A stretch of DNA of 64,000 nucleotides, from assembly GCA_963798085.1 (NCBI GenBank), contig CAWCRS010000007.1, positions 992,001 to 1,056,000 on the forward strand, in the 5' to 3' direction. Every line of letters starts with the position of its first letter. The first letter of the stretch is position 1. Position numbers and translations under genes: made by a program. Source of the stretch: an uncultured Gemmatimonadales bacterium. Lineage in GTDB: Bacteria; Gemmatimonadota; Gemmatimonadetes; Longimicrobiales; RSA9. Under the pieces are notes generated by a model. The model did no database searches. It had not been told where the DNA came from and worked only from the letters and a program-made list of their open reading frames with translations. Positions 19,783 to 29,275 of this stretch are shown piece by piece.

Positions 19783-20145
19783 ATGGCACGAACCGTTCTG
19801 ATCTGCGACGACGCGCTCTTCATGCGGACGATGCTGGCTGAGATCATGGAGCAGGCGGGATTCGAAGTCGTGGCACAGGCTGCCACCGGCGCGGAAGCGG
19901 TGAAGCTGTATCGCGACCTGAAACCGGACCTGGTCACGATGGATATCATCATGCCCGACATGGGTGGCATTGAAGCCGTCAAGGCGATCGTCAACGAGCA
20001 CCCGGAAGCAAACATCGTGATGTGCAGTGCAATGGGGCAGCAGGCGCTGGTCATCGAGGCGATCCAGGCCGGGGCGAGGGATTTCGTGGTCAAGCCATTC
20101 CAGCCGGCGCGCGTCCTGGAGGCGGTTCACCGCGTTCTGGGCTGA
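19783..20145 (+). CDS. cheY: Single-domain response regulator CheY (Bacillus/Thermotoga-like)
   Basis: DDALFMR, DLVTMDIIMP (phospho-Asp intact), CSAMGQ, FVVKPF. Confidence 0.93.
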   Translation: MARTVLICDDALFMRTMLAEIMEQAGFEVVAQAATGAEAVKLYRDLKPDLVTMDIIMPDMGGIEAVKAIVNEHPEANIVMCSAMGQQALVIEAIQAGARDFVVKPFQPARVLEAVHRVLG

Positions 20146-20160
20146 TTGCGCGGAGGCGCT

Positions 20161-22053
20161 GTGCAATACGAGCGCTTTCTCGACCTTTACATCACGGAGA
20201 GCCGCGAGCATCTCGAGCTGCTGACGCGGAGCCTGCTGCATCTGGAGCAGGGCAAGGCGGACGCGGTCGACGATGCCTTTCGCGCGGCGCACACCATCAA
20301 GGGGTTAGCCGCCGCCATGGGTCATGCCGCGGCGGCCGCCACCGCGCACGAGCTGGAAGACCGGCTGTCCGCTGTGCGCGAGAAGAAGGAACCGGTGCAC
20401 GGCGAGCTGGTCGATGCGCTGCTCGCGGGACTGGACCGGCTCGAGCACGCCATTGAGAAGGCGGTCAGCGAACAGGGCGCGGCAGGCCTTGCGCTGGAAC
20501 GGATCGAAGGCGACGACGCCGCGTCCGGTGCGGCACACGGTGCAACCATGCCGGCGGGTGCCGCGGCTGCGACGGGGAACCCGCCTGGCGGGATTCCCGG
20601 ACCGGTTGTCACACCGGCGCCGCCGGGTACGCGCACGGTAGCTGTCGTTCACCTCGTGCCTGACGCGGCCCTGCCCGAAGCCAGGGTGCAGCTGATCCGG
20701 CGTGCGCTGCAGCGCGCGGGGGCATTGCTCGACTCCTCACCGGACATCGGCGAGCGCTACGGCGGCGAGCTGCGACTCTACCTGAACGCGGTAGCGGACG
20801 CGGCAACCGTGGAAGCGGCGATCCGTGCCTGCGGCGAAGTGGCGGACGTGCGCTTCGAGAAGCCACCACGGAGTGGTTCGAACGGGATTGGCGAAGCATC
20901 CTCAGCAACCGCAGCGAAGTTACCGGACGGAGGCGGCAGACCGGCTGCGACGCAAAGCCGCACGGTGCGCGTCGACCGCGCACGACTGGACGAGCTGGCC
21001 GAGGGTATCGCCGAGCTTTCCGTGCTGCAGGCGAGAGCGGCGCAGACGTCCATTGGCCTGGGCAGCGATCGCGCGTCCACCGTGCTCTCCGCGTTGCAGC
21101 GCACCGTGCTCGACATGCGCATGGTGCCGGTGTCCACTGCATTCGAGCGTTTCGGCAGGCTGGTGCGGGACACGGCGCGCGCGACCGGCAAGGATGTGGA
21201 CTTCACGCTGCAGGGCGGCGAGATCGAGCTGGATCAGGCCGTGCTCGACGCGCTCGTGGATCCACTGGTGCACGTGGTACGCAACGCCGTGGACCACGGC
21301 ATCGAGCCGGCGGCGGTACGTGAGCGCGCGGGCAAGGCGGGGCGGGGCAGCGTGCGCATCGAAGCGGAGCGCGAGCGCAACAGCGTGCGCATCCGCGTGA
21401 GTGATGACGGCCGCGGTGTTTCGCGCGATGTCGTCGCCGCACGCGGTCGCGCCATGGGTCTGCTGCCGGAGGATGCGAGTGAGCTTTCGGACGACGAAAT
21501 CCTGCGTCTGCTGTTCCACCCGGGCTTCTCCACCGCGGAGACGGTGACCGAGCTGTCCGGTCGCGGTGTGGGCCTCAATGTGGTGGCCGGCCGCATCCGC
21601 AGCCTGGGCGGCGCCATCGAATTGAGCACGGCTGCGGGCACGGGTACCACCTTCACGCTGCGCGTTCCCGTGACACTCGCGCTGACGCACGCGCTGCGCA
21701 TCCGGCTGGGCGAGGAAGAGTACGCGCTGCCCATCACGCACGTGAGCGAGGTGATCCCGCTGGAGGGTGATGCGCGCAGTGAGCGCGGCGGTGTGCGCGT
21801 GCGCGGCGATGTGGTGCCGCTCGTCGAGCTGGGGCGTGTTCTGGGCGCGCGCGGCGGCGAGCCCAGCGCGGCCATTGTTGCCGAGCTGGGCGGCAGACGC
21901 GTCGCGCTGGCGGTGGATCGCGTGCTGGGCCACGAACAGATACTGGTGAAGACATTCAATGCGCCGGTGGACACGCTGCCCGTCTTTTCGGGCGCGACCC
22001 TCCTGCCCGATGGGCGGCCGGCTTTGCTGATCGACCCGCTCAGCGTAGTCTGA
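20161..22053 (+). CDS. cheA: Chemosensory histidine kinase CheA
   Basis: Hpt AAHTIKG; N box HVVRNAVDHG; DDGRG, PGFST and GRGVGL boxes; C-terminal CheW-like domain. Confidence 0.95.
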   Translation: MQYERFLDLYITESREHLELLTRSLLHLEQGKADAVDDAFRAAHTIKGLAAAMGHAAAAATAHELEDRLSAVREKKEPVHGELVDALLAGLDRLEHAIEKAVSEQGAAGLALERIEGDDAASGAAHGATMPAGAAAATGNPPGGIPGPVVTPAPPGTRTVAVVHLVPDAALPEARVQLIRRALQRAGALLDSSPDIGERYGGELRLYLNAVADAATVEAAIRACGEVADVRFEKPPRSGSNGIGEASSATAAKLPDGGGRPAATQSRTVRVDRARLDELAEGIAELSVLQARAAQTSIGLGSDRASTVLSALQRTVLDMRMVPVSTAFERFGRLVRDTARATGKDVDFTLQGGEIELDQAVLDALVDPLVHVVRNAVDHGIEPAAVRERAGKAGRGSVRIEAERERNSVRIRVSDDGRGVSRDVVAARGRAMGLLPEDASELSDDEILRLLFHPGFSTAETVTELSGRGVGLNVVAGRIRSLGGAIELSTAAGTGTTFTLRVPVTLALTHALRIRLGEEEYALPITHVSEVIPLEGDARSERGGVRVRGDVVPLVELGRVLGARGGEPSAAIVAELGGRRVALAVDRVLGHEQILVKTFNAPVDTLPVFSGATLLPDGRPALLIDPLSVV

Positions 22054-22056
22054 GTC

Positions 22057-22674
22057 ATGGATCCGAGATCGCTCGACGAGCTGCACCTCGACGCACTGCG
22101 TGAGACCGCGAACATTGGCGCGGGTCACGCCGCCACCGCGCTGTCCCGGCTCACCGGGCGGCGCGTCATGGTCAGCGTGCCCGAGGTGAGCATCCTGCCG
22201 CTGGAACAGGTGGGCGGCATGCTGGGCGATCCGGGCGAAGTCGTGTCCGCGGTGATCGTGACTGTGGAAGGCGACGCGACGGGTCGCACACTGCAGATCT
22301 TTCAGGGCGCCACCGCGGCCAAGCTGGTTTCGATGCTGCTCAACATGCGCGAGCCGGTGTTCCCGGACGGCTTCGGTGTACTCGAGCGGTCCGCCGTGAA
22401 AGAGATCGGCAACGTCATCGTGGGCGCGTACCTCAACGCGCTCGCCGACTTCACCGGCATGACGCTGTCAATGTCGGTGCCCGCTTTCGCGATCGACATG
22501 GCGGCGGCGATCCTGATGACGAGCTACCTGAACTTCGGCAGCGAAGATGATTTCGTGCTGTCGATCGGGACTCGCCTGGTAGTGGATGGCAGTGAAGAGC
22601 TGCGCGCGCATTTCCTGCTGATTCCGGACGACGATTCACTCAACCGGATCCTGCGATCGTTGCGCGTGGTGTGA
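22057..22674 (+). CDS. cheC: CheY-P phosphatase CheC
   Basis: Two E-x-x-N motifs: DALRETANIGAGHAATALS and SAVKEIGNV. Confidence 0.92.
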   Translation: MDPRSLDELHLDALRETANIGAGHAATALSRLTGRRVMVSVPEVSILPLEQVGGMLGDPGEVVSAVIVTVEGDATGRTLQIFQGATAAKLVSMLLNMREPVFPDGFGVLERSAVKEIGNVIVGAYLNALADFTGMTLSMSVPAFAIDMAAAILMTSYLNFGSEDDFVLSIGTRLVVDGSEELRAHFLLIPDDDSLNRILRSLRVV

Positions 22675-25385
22675 CGGTGGAGGCGGCGCTGGCCGATTCG
22701 AACCTCTTCCTTCCCTGGACAGATCGACCGGGTCCGCAGGCGGGCGCGCCGCGATCGGATCGCGATGTCACGATTCTGCGCGGGCTGGCGCGTCGCATTC
22801 CCGCGAATGATGCGGGCGCGCACAACAACCTGGGCGTGGTCTTCTTCCAGAAAGGCATGCACGCGGATGCCGCGGAGCAGTTCGAGCGCGCGCTCGAGCT
22901 GGATCCGCGCATGCAGGTCGCAGAGCGCAACCTGCAGATCGTGTATTTCGGCACCGACTACTACGACCGCACACTCGAACAGCTGAACCAGCGACTGGCC
23001 GCGAACGCAGACGACGCGGCCGCGCGCAGCCAGCTGGCCCGCACATACCTGTTCGGCGGCGACGCGCGCGCGGCGCTCCGCGAGTGGCAGCGACTGGTGA
23101 CGGAGCGACCGGGCGACCCGGAGGCCGAAGCGTGGATCGCGCGCGCGGAGGTACGCCGCGGCGATCTCGACGGCGCCGTCCAGGTGCTCGCGCGCGCCGC
23201 GGAGAAACACCCGGACAATGCGCGTCTCGCTCTGCAAATGGGAGAGATCCTGTACCTGCGCGGCATGGCGGCGGAAGCATCGCGCTGGCTGGAGCGCTGC
23301 CTGGCGCTGGACGAGAATCATGCGGAAGCGCATCACCTCATCGCATTCGTCTACGGCGAGCTGGGCCATGCGGCACGCGCGCAGGAGCACGCGGCGCGCG
23401 CCGCCGCGCTGAATCCGAGCTTCGCGAAGGCGGACCGCAGTCTCTCACTGGATCGCTACAACGAGGCGAGGTACAGCGAGCTGACCGGGGATCGCGGCAA
23501 GCCCGTCGTTACCGAAGGCGGTGGCCTGGTCCATTACAACATGGGACTCGCCCTGCGCCAGAAGGCACTGTACGAGGAAGCGCTGAAGGAATTCAAGCTG
23601 GCGGATGAGCGAGGCGAGGATCGCTACCTCGTGATGCAGGCGCAGGCCGAGATGATGCTGCTGCTCGGCAACGGTGGACAGGCGGCGTCGCTTTACACGG
23701 AATTGATCGAGGAGGAGCCCGCCAGCCCGAAGCTCTGGAACGAGCTGGGTGTGGCGCAGCATCAGCTGGGCCGGCTGGCGGATGCCGAGGCATCGTATGC
23801 GCGCGCCATCGGACTCGATCCGAAATACACGCTGGCGTGGAACAACCTGGGTGTGGTGCGACACCATCGCACGCAGGAAGGCAGTGAAGAAGCGCTCGAG
23901 TCTGCGCTCGCGGCGGGACGCTCACTGGCCGAGATCTGGCGCAACCTCGGCTGGCTGCACCACCTGCGAAAGGACTGGGTCGGCGCGGAGCACGCCTATC
24001 GGCAGGCCCTGGACGTGGACACGCGACTGGCCACCGCATGGACGGGTCTCGGCATGCTGTTCCTTGAGCGCGGCCGAGCCGAGCCGGCGAGCACCGCGCT
24101 GGCCCGCGCGGTCGAGTGTGATCCCAACCTGCCGGAAGCGCATTATCACTACGCTTTCGCTCTGTCGGCGAGCGGAGATTATCCTGCAGCATTGCGTGAG
24201 ACGAGTCGCGCACTCGAACTGAACCCGTACATCACACTGCCGCGCTTCCGACTGCTGATCGACCTGCAGTTCGAGGATGCCGCCGTGACCGCGCCGGAGC
24301 TGGATGCGCCTGAACGGCTGATGGCGGGCGCGACCGTCGAGCATTTCGACTTCGAGGCGGAGGACATCAGCCTGGCGCTCGAGGCGGTCGAGCCGCGCGT
24401 GCCGGAAGCGTCGAAGGCCGAGCCCGAGCTGTCACTGCCCTCGAAGCCGGCATCGATCGAATGGCTGGCGGCGGCGAGAGCCTCGCTGCACAGCGGCCAC
24501 TATGCGGAGGCCATGGCGGATGTGCAGCGCGCGGTGGCGTTGGGCGCGAACCGCATCGAGGCGCAGCTGCTCCAGGGCGAAATCCACCTGCTGAGCGGCG
24601 CGGCGGGCGAGGCGGTGGACCGGTTCGACGAAGTGCTGCACGAGCTGCAATGGTCGGTCCCGCAGGCATGGCTGGACGAGAAGGACATTCGCGTGCGCGC
24701 CCTGGCAGGCATGGCCAGGTCGCTGCTCGATCTGGAACGCGCGCCCGAGGCGGTGGATTTCGCGCGCAAGGCACGGGAGCTGGCGCCATCGGCCGAAACT
24801 GCATCATTGGAGGCCGATGCGCTGCTTTCGGTGGGCGTGCCCCTGGAAGCAGCCGGCGTGCTGGAACGGGCACTGGCAGAGAATCCGGAAAACGTGGAGC
24901 TGCGCACGCGACTGGGCGCGGCCTGGCTGCAGGCGGGTGATGTAGCGAGAGCGGAGCCCATGCTGCGCGGCGCATTGGAGCGGGAGAGCGAGCTGCCGGC
25001 GGCGCGCGCCACGCTGGGCAGGCTGCTGGCGATCGAGGGGCGCAGCACCGACGCGGAACAGGAGTACCGCGCGGCGCTGCACGTGATACCGAGCTTCACG
25101 GACGCGGCCATTGGCCTGGCCGATCTCCTGGCCGAGCAAGGACGGCTCGATGAGGCGATCAATGTGCTGGCGACATTCCTCGAGGCGGACCCCTACAGCT
25201 TCTTCGGTCTGGTGCGCCTGGGTGACGTGCTCTGGCGCGCCGGCCGCGAGATCGAAGCGGGGTTCGCCTACCGGCGCATCCTGCACTTCGACCCCGGCCA
25301 CGAGGAGGCACGCGAAGGACTGGAGCGGCTGGAACCGCACGAGGAAGACGTCGATGCATCCTGGACTGTCGTGTTAGCGGAGTAA
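22671..25385 (+). CDS. Large cytoplasmic TPR protein (904 aa)
   Basis: Many TPRs (AHNNLG, WNELG, WNNLG, WRNLG); no signal peptide; GTGA overlap with cheC. Confidence 0.88.
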   Translation: MTVEAALADSNLFLPWTDRPGPQAGAPRSDRDVTILRGLARRIPANDAGAHNNLGVVFFQKGMHADAAEQFERALELDPRMQVAERNLQIVYFGTDYYDRTLEQLNQRLAANADDAAARSQLARTYLFGGDARAALREWQRLVTERPGDPEAEAWIARAEVRRGDLDGAVQVLARAAEKHPDNARLALQMGEILYLRGMAAEASRWLERCLALDENHAEAHHLIAFVYGELGHAARAQEHAARAAALNPSFAKADRSLSLDRYNEARYSELTGDRGKPVVTEGGGLVHYNMGLALRQKALYEEALKEFKLADERGEDRYLVMQAQAEMMLLLGNGGQAASLYTELIEEEPASPKLWNELGVAQHQLGRLADAEASYARAIGLDPKYTLAWNNLGVVRHHRTQEGSEEALESALAAGRSLAEIWRNLGWLHHLRKDWVGAEHAYRQALDVDTRLATAWTGLGMLFLERGRAEPASTALARAVECDPNLPEAHYHYAFALSASGDYPAALRETSRALELNPYITLPRFRLLIDLQFEDAAVTAPELDAPERLMAGATVEHFDFEAEDISLALEAVEPRVPEASKAEPELSLPSKPASIEWLAAARASLHSGHYAEAMADVQRAVALGANRIEAQLLQGEIHLLSGAAGEAVDRFDEVLHELQWSVPQAWLDEKDIRVRALAGMARSLLDLERAPEAVDFARKARELAPSAETASLEADALLSVGVPLEAAGVLERALAENPENVELRTRLGAAWLQAGDVARAEPMLRGALERESELPAARATLGRLLAIEGRSTDAEQEYRAALHVIPSFTDAAIGLADLLAEQGRLDEAINVLATFLEADPYSFFGLVRLGDVLWRAGREIEAGFAYRRILHFDPGHEEAREGLERLEPHEEDVDASWTVVLAE

Positions 25386-25388
25386 TTC

Positions 25389-26519
25389 ATGGCGATCGAG
25401 GGACCGCTCCGCGAACTGGGCATTCAGGATGTGCTGCAGCTGCTCGAGCTGGCGCAGAAGACCGGTGTGCTCACGGTGCGCAGCGAGCGGCTCAATGATG
25501 AAGCCATCGTGCACTTCAGCCGCGGCGAGATCGTGTTCGCGGTGCGCCGCCGCTCGACTCGCCGGCTGGGCCAGCTGCTGATCCGCGCGGGTAAACTGAC
25601 GCGCGGTGATCTCGACCGCGCCCTCGAGAAGCAGCGCTCCGATCCCACCAAGCGCCTTGCCGAGATCTTCGTGGACATGGGCCTGGTCAGCGAAGAAGAG
25701 CTGGCGAGGCAGCTGCGCTTCCAGATGGAAGAGACCGTCTACGAGCTGATGTCGTGGGAAGAGGGCTACTTCAAGTTCGAGGAGCGTGCAGAAATCGCCG
25801 GCCAGCGACTGCTGGCGAGAGTGCGTGTGGACTCGCTCCTCATGGAGGGTGCCCGCCGGCTGGACGAATGGTCGCGGCTCGAGTCGAAGGTACCGACGCC
25901 AGAAGCGATTCCCTCGCTGGCCCCCGCATCGGAGCGCGACGTCACGCCGCTCGACCTGTCGCCGGAAGAATGGGAAGTGCTGGCGGAGATCGATGGCGAA
26001 CGCGATGTGCGTCAGATTGCGGCCGACCTGGGACGCAGTGCGTTCGATGTGGGCAAGACGCTGTACGGTCTGGTCGCGGCCGGCATTGCGCAGGTCCAGA
26101 TCCGGCACACGCGCATGCCGGAGGAACAACTCCGCCGCTCCATCATTGAAGTGCACGATCTGCTGTCGGCGGGCCAGATCGAGCGCGCACGCAAACTCGC
26201 GGCTGACCTGGAATCGGCGCATCCCGATCGCGCGGATCTCGCCGTCCTGAGCGGACGCGTACTGGCCGCGCAGGGCCGCCTGCGCGCGGCGGCGGAAGCG
26301 CTCACTCGCGCCGTGACACTGGACCCGCTGTCCTCCGAAGCTCACTATGAGCTTGGTTTCTGTGCCGCGAAAACCGGCGACTTCGAGCGCGCTGTGAGGG
26401 CGTGGGAGACATTCGTGCGTTTGTCCCCCGCCGGCGAAGAGCGACAGAACGCCTCCAACGGGCTCGCGGCGGCACGCACGTTATCGCAGATCCTCGACAG
26501 GACGTCGAAACGGACATGA
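25389..26519 (+). CDS. DUF4388/PatA-N + MshEN-like + TPR protein
   Basis: IEGPL.ELGIQDVLQLL...KTGVLTV; tandem RLGxxL motifs; W.EG.FKF; LLMEGARRLDEW; C-terminal TPRs. Confidence 0.85.
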   Translation: MAIEGPLRELGIQDVLQLLELAQKTGVLTVRSERLNDEAIVHFSRGEIVFAVRRRSTRRLGQLLIRAGKLTRGDLDRALEKQRSDPTKRLAEIFVDMGLVSEEELARQLRFQMEETVYELMSWEEGYFKFEERAEIAGQRLLARVRVDSLLMEGARRLDEWSRLESKVPTPEAIPSLAPASERDVTPLDLSPEEWEVLAEIDGERDVRQIAADLGRSAFDVGKTLYGLVAAGIAQVQIRHTRMPEEQLRRSIIEVHDLLSAGQIERARKLAADLESAHPDRADLAVLSGRVLAAQGRLRAAAEALTRAVTLDPLSSEAHYELGFCAAKTGDFERAVRAWETFVRLSPAGEERQNASNGLAAARTLSQILDRTSKRT

Positions 26520-27794
26520 AGACACCGGCCCCGGCAGACCTGCATCGCTGGAGCGAAGAGCTGGCGAGGAATCCGACGTCGCTCGCGTTCCTGCCGCTCG
26601 CGCGCGCCTATCGACGTCTGGGGCGCCGCGATCTCGCGCTGCAGCTCTGCCTGCGCGGGCTCGAACATCACCCCGCGCACGTCGAAGCACACGCACTGCT
26701 GGCGCTGCTGTACTTCGAGTCCGGCGAGCGCGCCCGGGCAGCGGACGAATGGGCCACCGTGCTGCGCCTCAAGCCCGGCAACTTCGAAGCGCTGCGCGGC
26801 ATGGGCTTCCGCTATCTCGAGCAGGGCGACATGGCGAGGGCGAGGCAGCACCTCGAGCGCGCGGGCTTGATCCGCCCCGATGATGCGACCGTGCAGGAAG
26901 CCTTGCGCCTGATCCGCCACCGCGAATCCAGCACCATTTCCGGCACGCGGCCCGCCGCCTCGCCCGGCGGCCCGACGAGTGCGCCGGCAGCGCCACGAGC
27001 GGCGTCGCCTGCACCCGGACCGACTGCGCCGGCACCCGCAGCGGCCGCGCAGAGCAGTGCGCCCCCCGCCGCTGCGGCGCCAGCGTCGAGACCACCCTCG
27101 CCAGCGGCGAGCCGGCCAGCTGGCGCGCCCCCGGCCCCGCCGCGCGCCGCGGCGCCGGCCGCCACCACCTCCTCGAGGCCGACACAGCCGGCGACCAGGC
27201 CAGAGTCCCGCAGCGCCAGCCCGCCCAGGCCGGGCGTGATTGCGCCCAAGCCGGCGGCAGGCATCCCGGCTGCGGCCACGGCCGGCTGTACCGTCGTCAC
27301 CGGCGCCTGCGCCGACGCCAGCGCAGGCCGCGGCTGGCCCACCGACCCCGAAGCGAGCGCCGCAGGCCGCTCCGCGACCGGTCGAGCCGAAGCGGATGGA
27401 GCCGGCGCGCGAGCTGGTGGCGCCACCGGATCCGGAGCGCGTGTTCGAGTCTCTGTCAGGGGCGACGCCGCTGCTCGGTGTTCTGCTGCTCGACCGCCGC
27501 GGCCTCGTGCTCGCAGGCGGACTGCGCAGTGCCGCCGCAGGTGCGGCCGAAGACCTCGGCGCGATCCTGGGCGGCGCGATTGACGAAGCGGTGCGCACGG
27601 TACTGCACCTCGAGCTGGGCGAGTGGAAGGGGCTCATGCTGGATTGCGCAGAGGCTGTGCTGCATGTGGCGCCGGTGGGTGACGACGCGCTCGTCGTCAT
27701 CGCGGCGCGCAAGGACTCGCCGGCCGGCTGGACCATGCGCGCGGCCGAGCACGCGGCTGCGCTGGCCGAGCGCTTCCTGGGGGTCTACTCATGA
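26516..27794 (+). CDS. TPR - Pro/Ala linker - roadblock/LC7 fusion, interrupted by a +1 frameshift near 27280
   Basis: TPRs lie in the frame of ORF 26402-27583 and the roadblock domain (GVLLLDRRGLVLAG) in the frame of ORF 27240-27794; removing one G at 27280-27281 joins them. Confidence 0.75.
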
Positions 27795-28156
27795 GCGACG
27801 TCTTCCGCGATGCGGTGCTGAACCTGAGTCACGTGCCGGGCGTCAGCGGTGCGCTCATTGTGGACGCGCAGGCGGGCGTGGCCGTGGTCGAAGAATTGAA
27901 AACGAACGTGTCGGGCACTGCGCTGGCCGCGCTGGCGACCGCGCTGTATGCGCGCACGGCGCAAGCCAGCGAAGCGGCGGAATACGGCAGCCTCGGTGGC
28001 CTGCAGCTGGATGCGGAGCGTGGCCGTGTGCTGATCGCGAGCGCCGGTGAGCTGCTGATTGTGGCGCTGACACAGGATGATGCGCAGCTCGGCCGTGTGC
28101 GCCTCGAGGCGCAGCGGGCGGCGCGCGCCGTGCGCGCGGAGCTGGAGAGCGGCTGA
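27791..28156 (+). CDS. Roadblock/LC7 (MglB-like) protein
   Basis: VPGVSGALIVD..G..V...ALAALATAL...LGRVRLE roadblock pattern. Confidence 0.85.
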   Translation: MSDVFRDAVLNLSHVPGVSGALIVDAQAGVAVVEELKTNVSGTALAALATALYARTAQASEAAEYGSLGGLQLDAERGRVLIASAGELLIVALTQDDAQLGRVRLEAQRAARAVRAELESG

Positions 28157-28650
28157 TGCGCAGCTCCGAGCTGCCCGTGCTGGTGTCCGCGCTGGGAAAG
28201 CCCATCGAGCGCTTCGTACGCGAATCGCGCGTGCGCATTGCACTGCTGATCACGGGCAGCGGTCAGGTGCTGGCGCAACACGGCTTCACCAGCAGCTACG
28301 AGATCATGAACGTCGCCTCGCTGGCTGCCGCCACGCACGCATCGTCACGCGCACTCGCCCAGCTGCTGCGCGCGGGGAACTGGCTGCACCTGCACCATCA
28401 GGGCGCGCGCCAGCAGCTTTTCCTCGCCACGCTCGATACTCCCATCGAGAAGCTGATCCTCGTCGTCATCTTCGACGCCGAGTCGTCGCTCGGGCTGGTG
28501 CAGTTCTTCTTCGGCCAGCTCGCGGAACACGTGCGTCGCATGCCCGAGCTGGCGGCCGCTACGCGCTCCGCCGATCAGCGCAGCTTCGAGCGCGACCTGG
28601 AAGCCGGACTCAGGCGCGCGTTTTCTCCGGAAACCGGCAGTGAGGCCTGA
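28156..28650 (+). CDS. mglB: MglB-like roadblock protein (probable GAP of MglA)
   Basis: ALLI..SGQVLAQHG...ASLAAA...LAQLL...HQG...ILVVIFD..SSLGLV, resembling Myxococcus MglB; directly upstream of mglA. Confidence 0.8.
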   Translation: MRSSELPVLVSALGKPIERFVRESRVRIALLITGSGQVLAQHGFTSSYEIMNVASLAAATHASSRALAQLLRAGNWLHLHHQGARQQLFLATLDTPIEKLILVVIFDAESSLGLVQFFFGQLAEHVRRMPELAAATRSADQRSFERDLEAGLRRAFSPETGSEA

Positions 28651-29263
28651 CGTGTCGCTGGTCAATTACTCCACGCGCGAGATCACCTGCAAGATCGTGT
28701 ACTACGGGGCGGGCCGCTCCGGCAAGACCAGCAACCTGCAATACGTGCACGCGTTCGTGCCGGAAGACCGCCGGGGCGCCATGGTGTCGCTGGCCACGGA
28801 GACGGAGCGCACGCTCTTCTTCGATTTCCTGCCACTCGATCTGGGCCTGATTTCGGGATTCCGCACACGCATTCAGCTGTACACGGTGCCGGGTCAGGTC
28901 TACTACGGCGCGACGCGGCGGCTGGTGCTGCGCGGCGCAGATGGCGTGGTGTTCGTCGTCGACTCACAGCGCGAGCGCTTCGAGGAAAACTTCGAGAGCT
29001 TCCGCGCACTGCACGAGCATCTGCTCGAGGAAGGCCTCGATCCCCGCGATTTCCCGCTGGTGCTGCAATACAACAAGCGCGATCTGCCGGGTGTCATGGG
29101 ACTCGATGAGCTGGAGGATGTCTTCAATTTTCGCGAGTTGCCATCGTTTCCCGCGGTGGCCGTGGAAGGCGAAGGTGTGTTCCCCACACTGAAGAGTGTG
29201 AGCACCCTCGTGCTCCAGGGTCTGTCGCGGCGGTTCCGCGCTCAGGGCAGTCCGTCACCCTGA
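28640..29263 (+). CDS. mglA: MglA-family small GTPase (start may be GTG 28652)
   Basis: VNYSTREITCKIVYYGAGRSGKTSNL, RTLFFDFLP, LYTVPGQVYY and NKRDL. Confidence 0.93.
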   Translation: MRPDVSLVNYSTREITCKIVYYGAGRSGKTSNLQYVHAFVPEDRRGAMVSLATETERTLFFDFLPLDLGLISGFRTRIQLYTVPGQVYYGATRRLVLRGADGVVFVVDSQRERFEENFESFRALHEHLLEEGLDPRDFPLVLQYNKRDLPGVMGLDELEDVFNFRELPSFPAVAVEGEGVFPTLKSVSTLVLQGLSRRFRAQGSPSP

Positions 29264-29275
29264 CGGAAGCGGGCC

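Noticed and set aside
27240..27300. Programmed ribosomal frameshift
   Set aside because: No slippery heptamer or stop-associated shift site; a single-base read error is simpler
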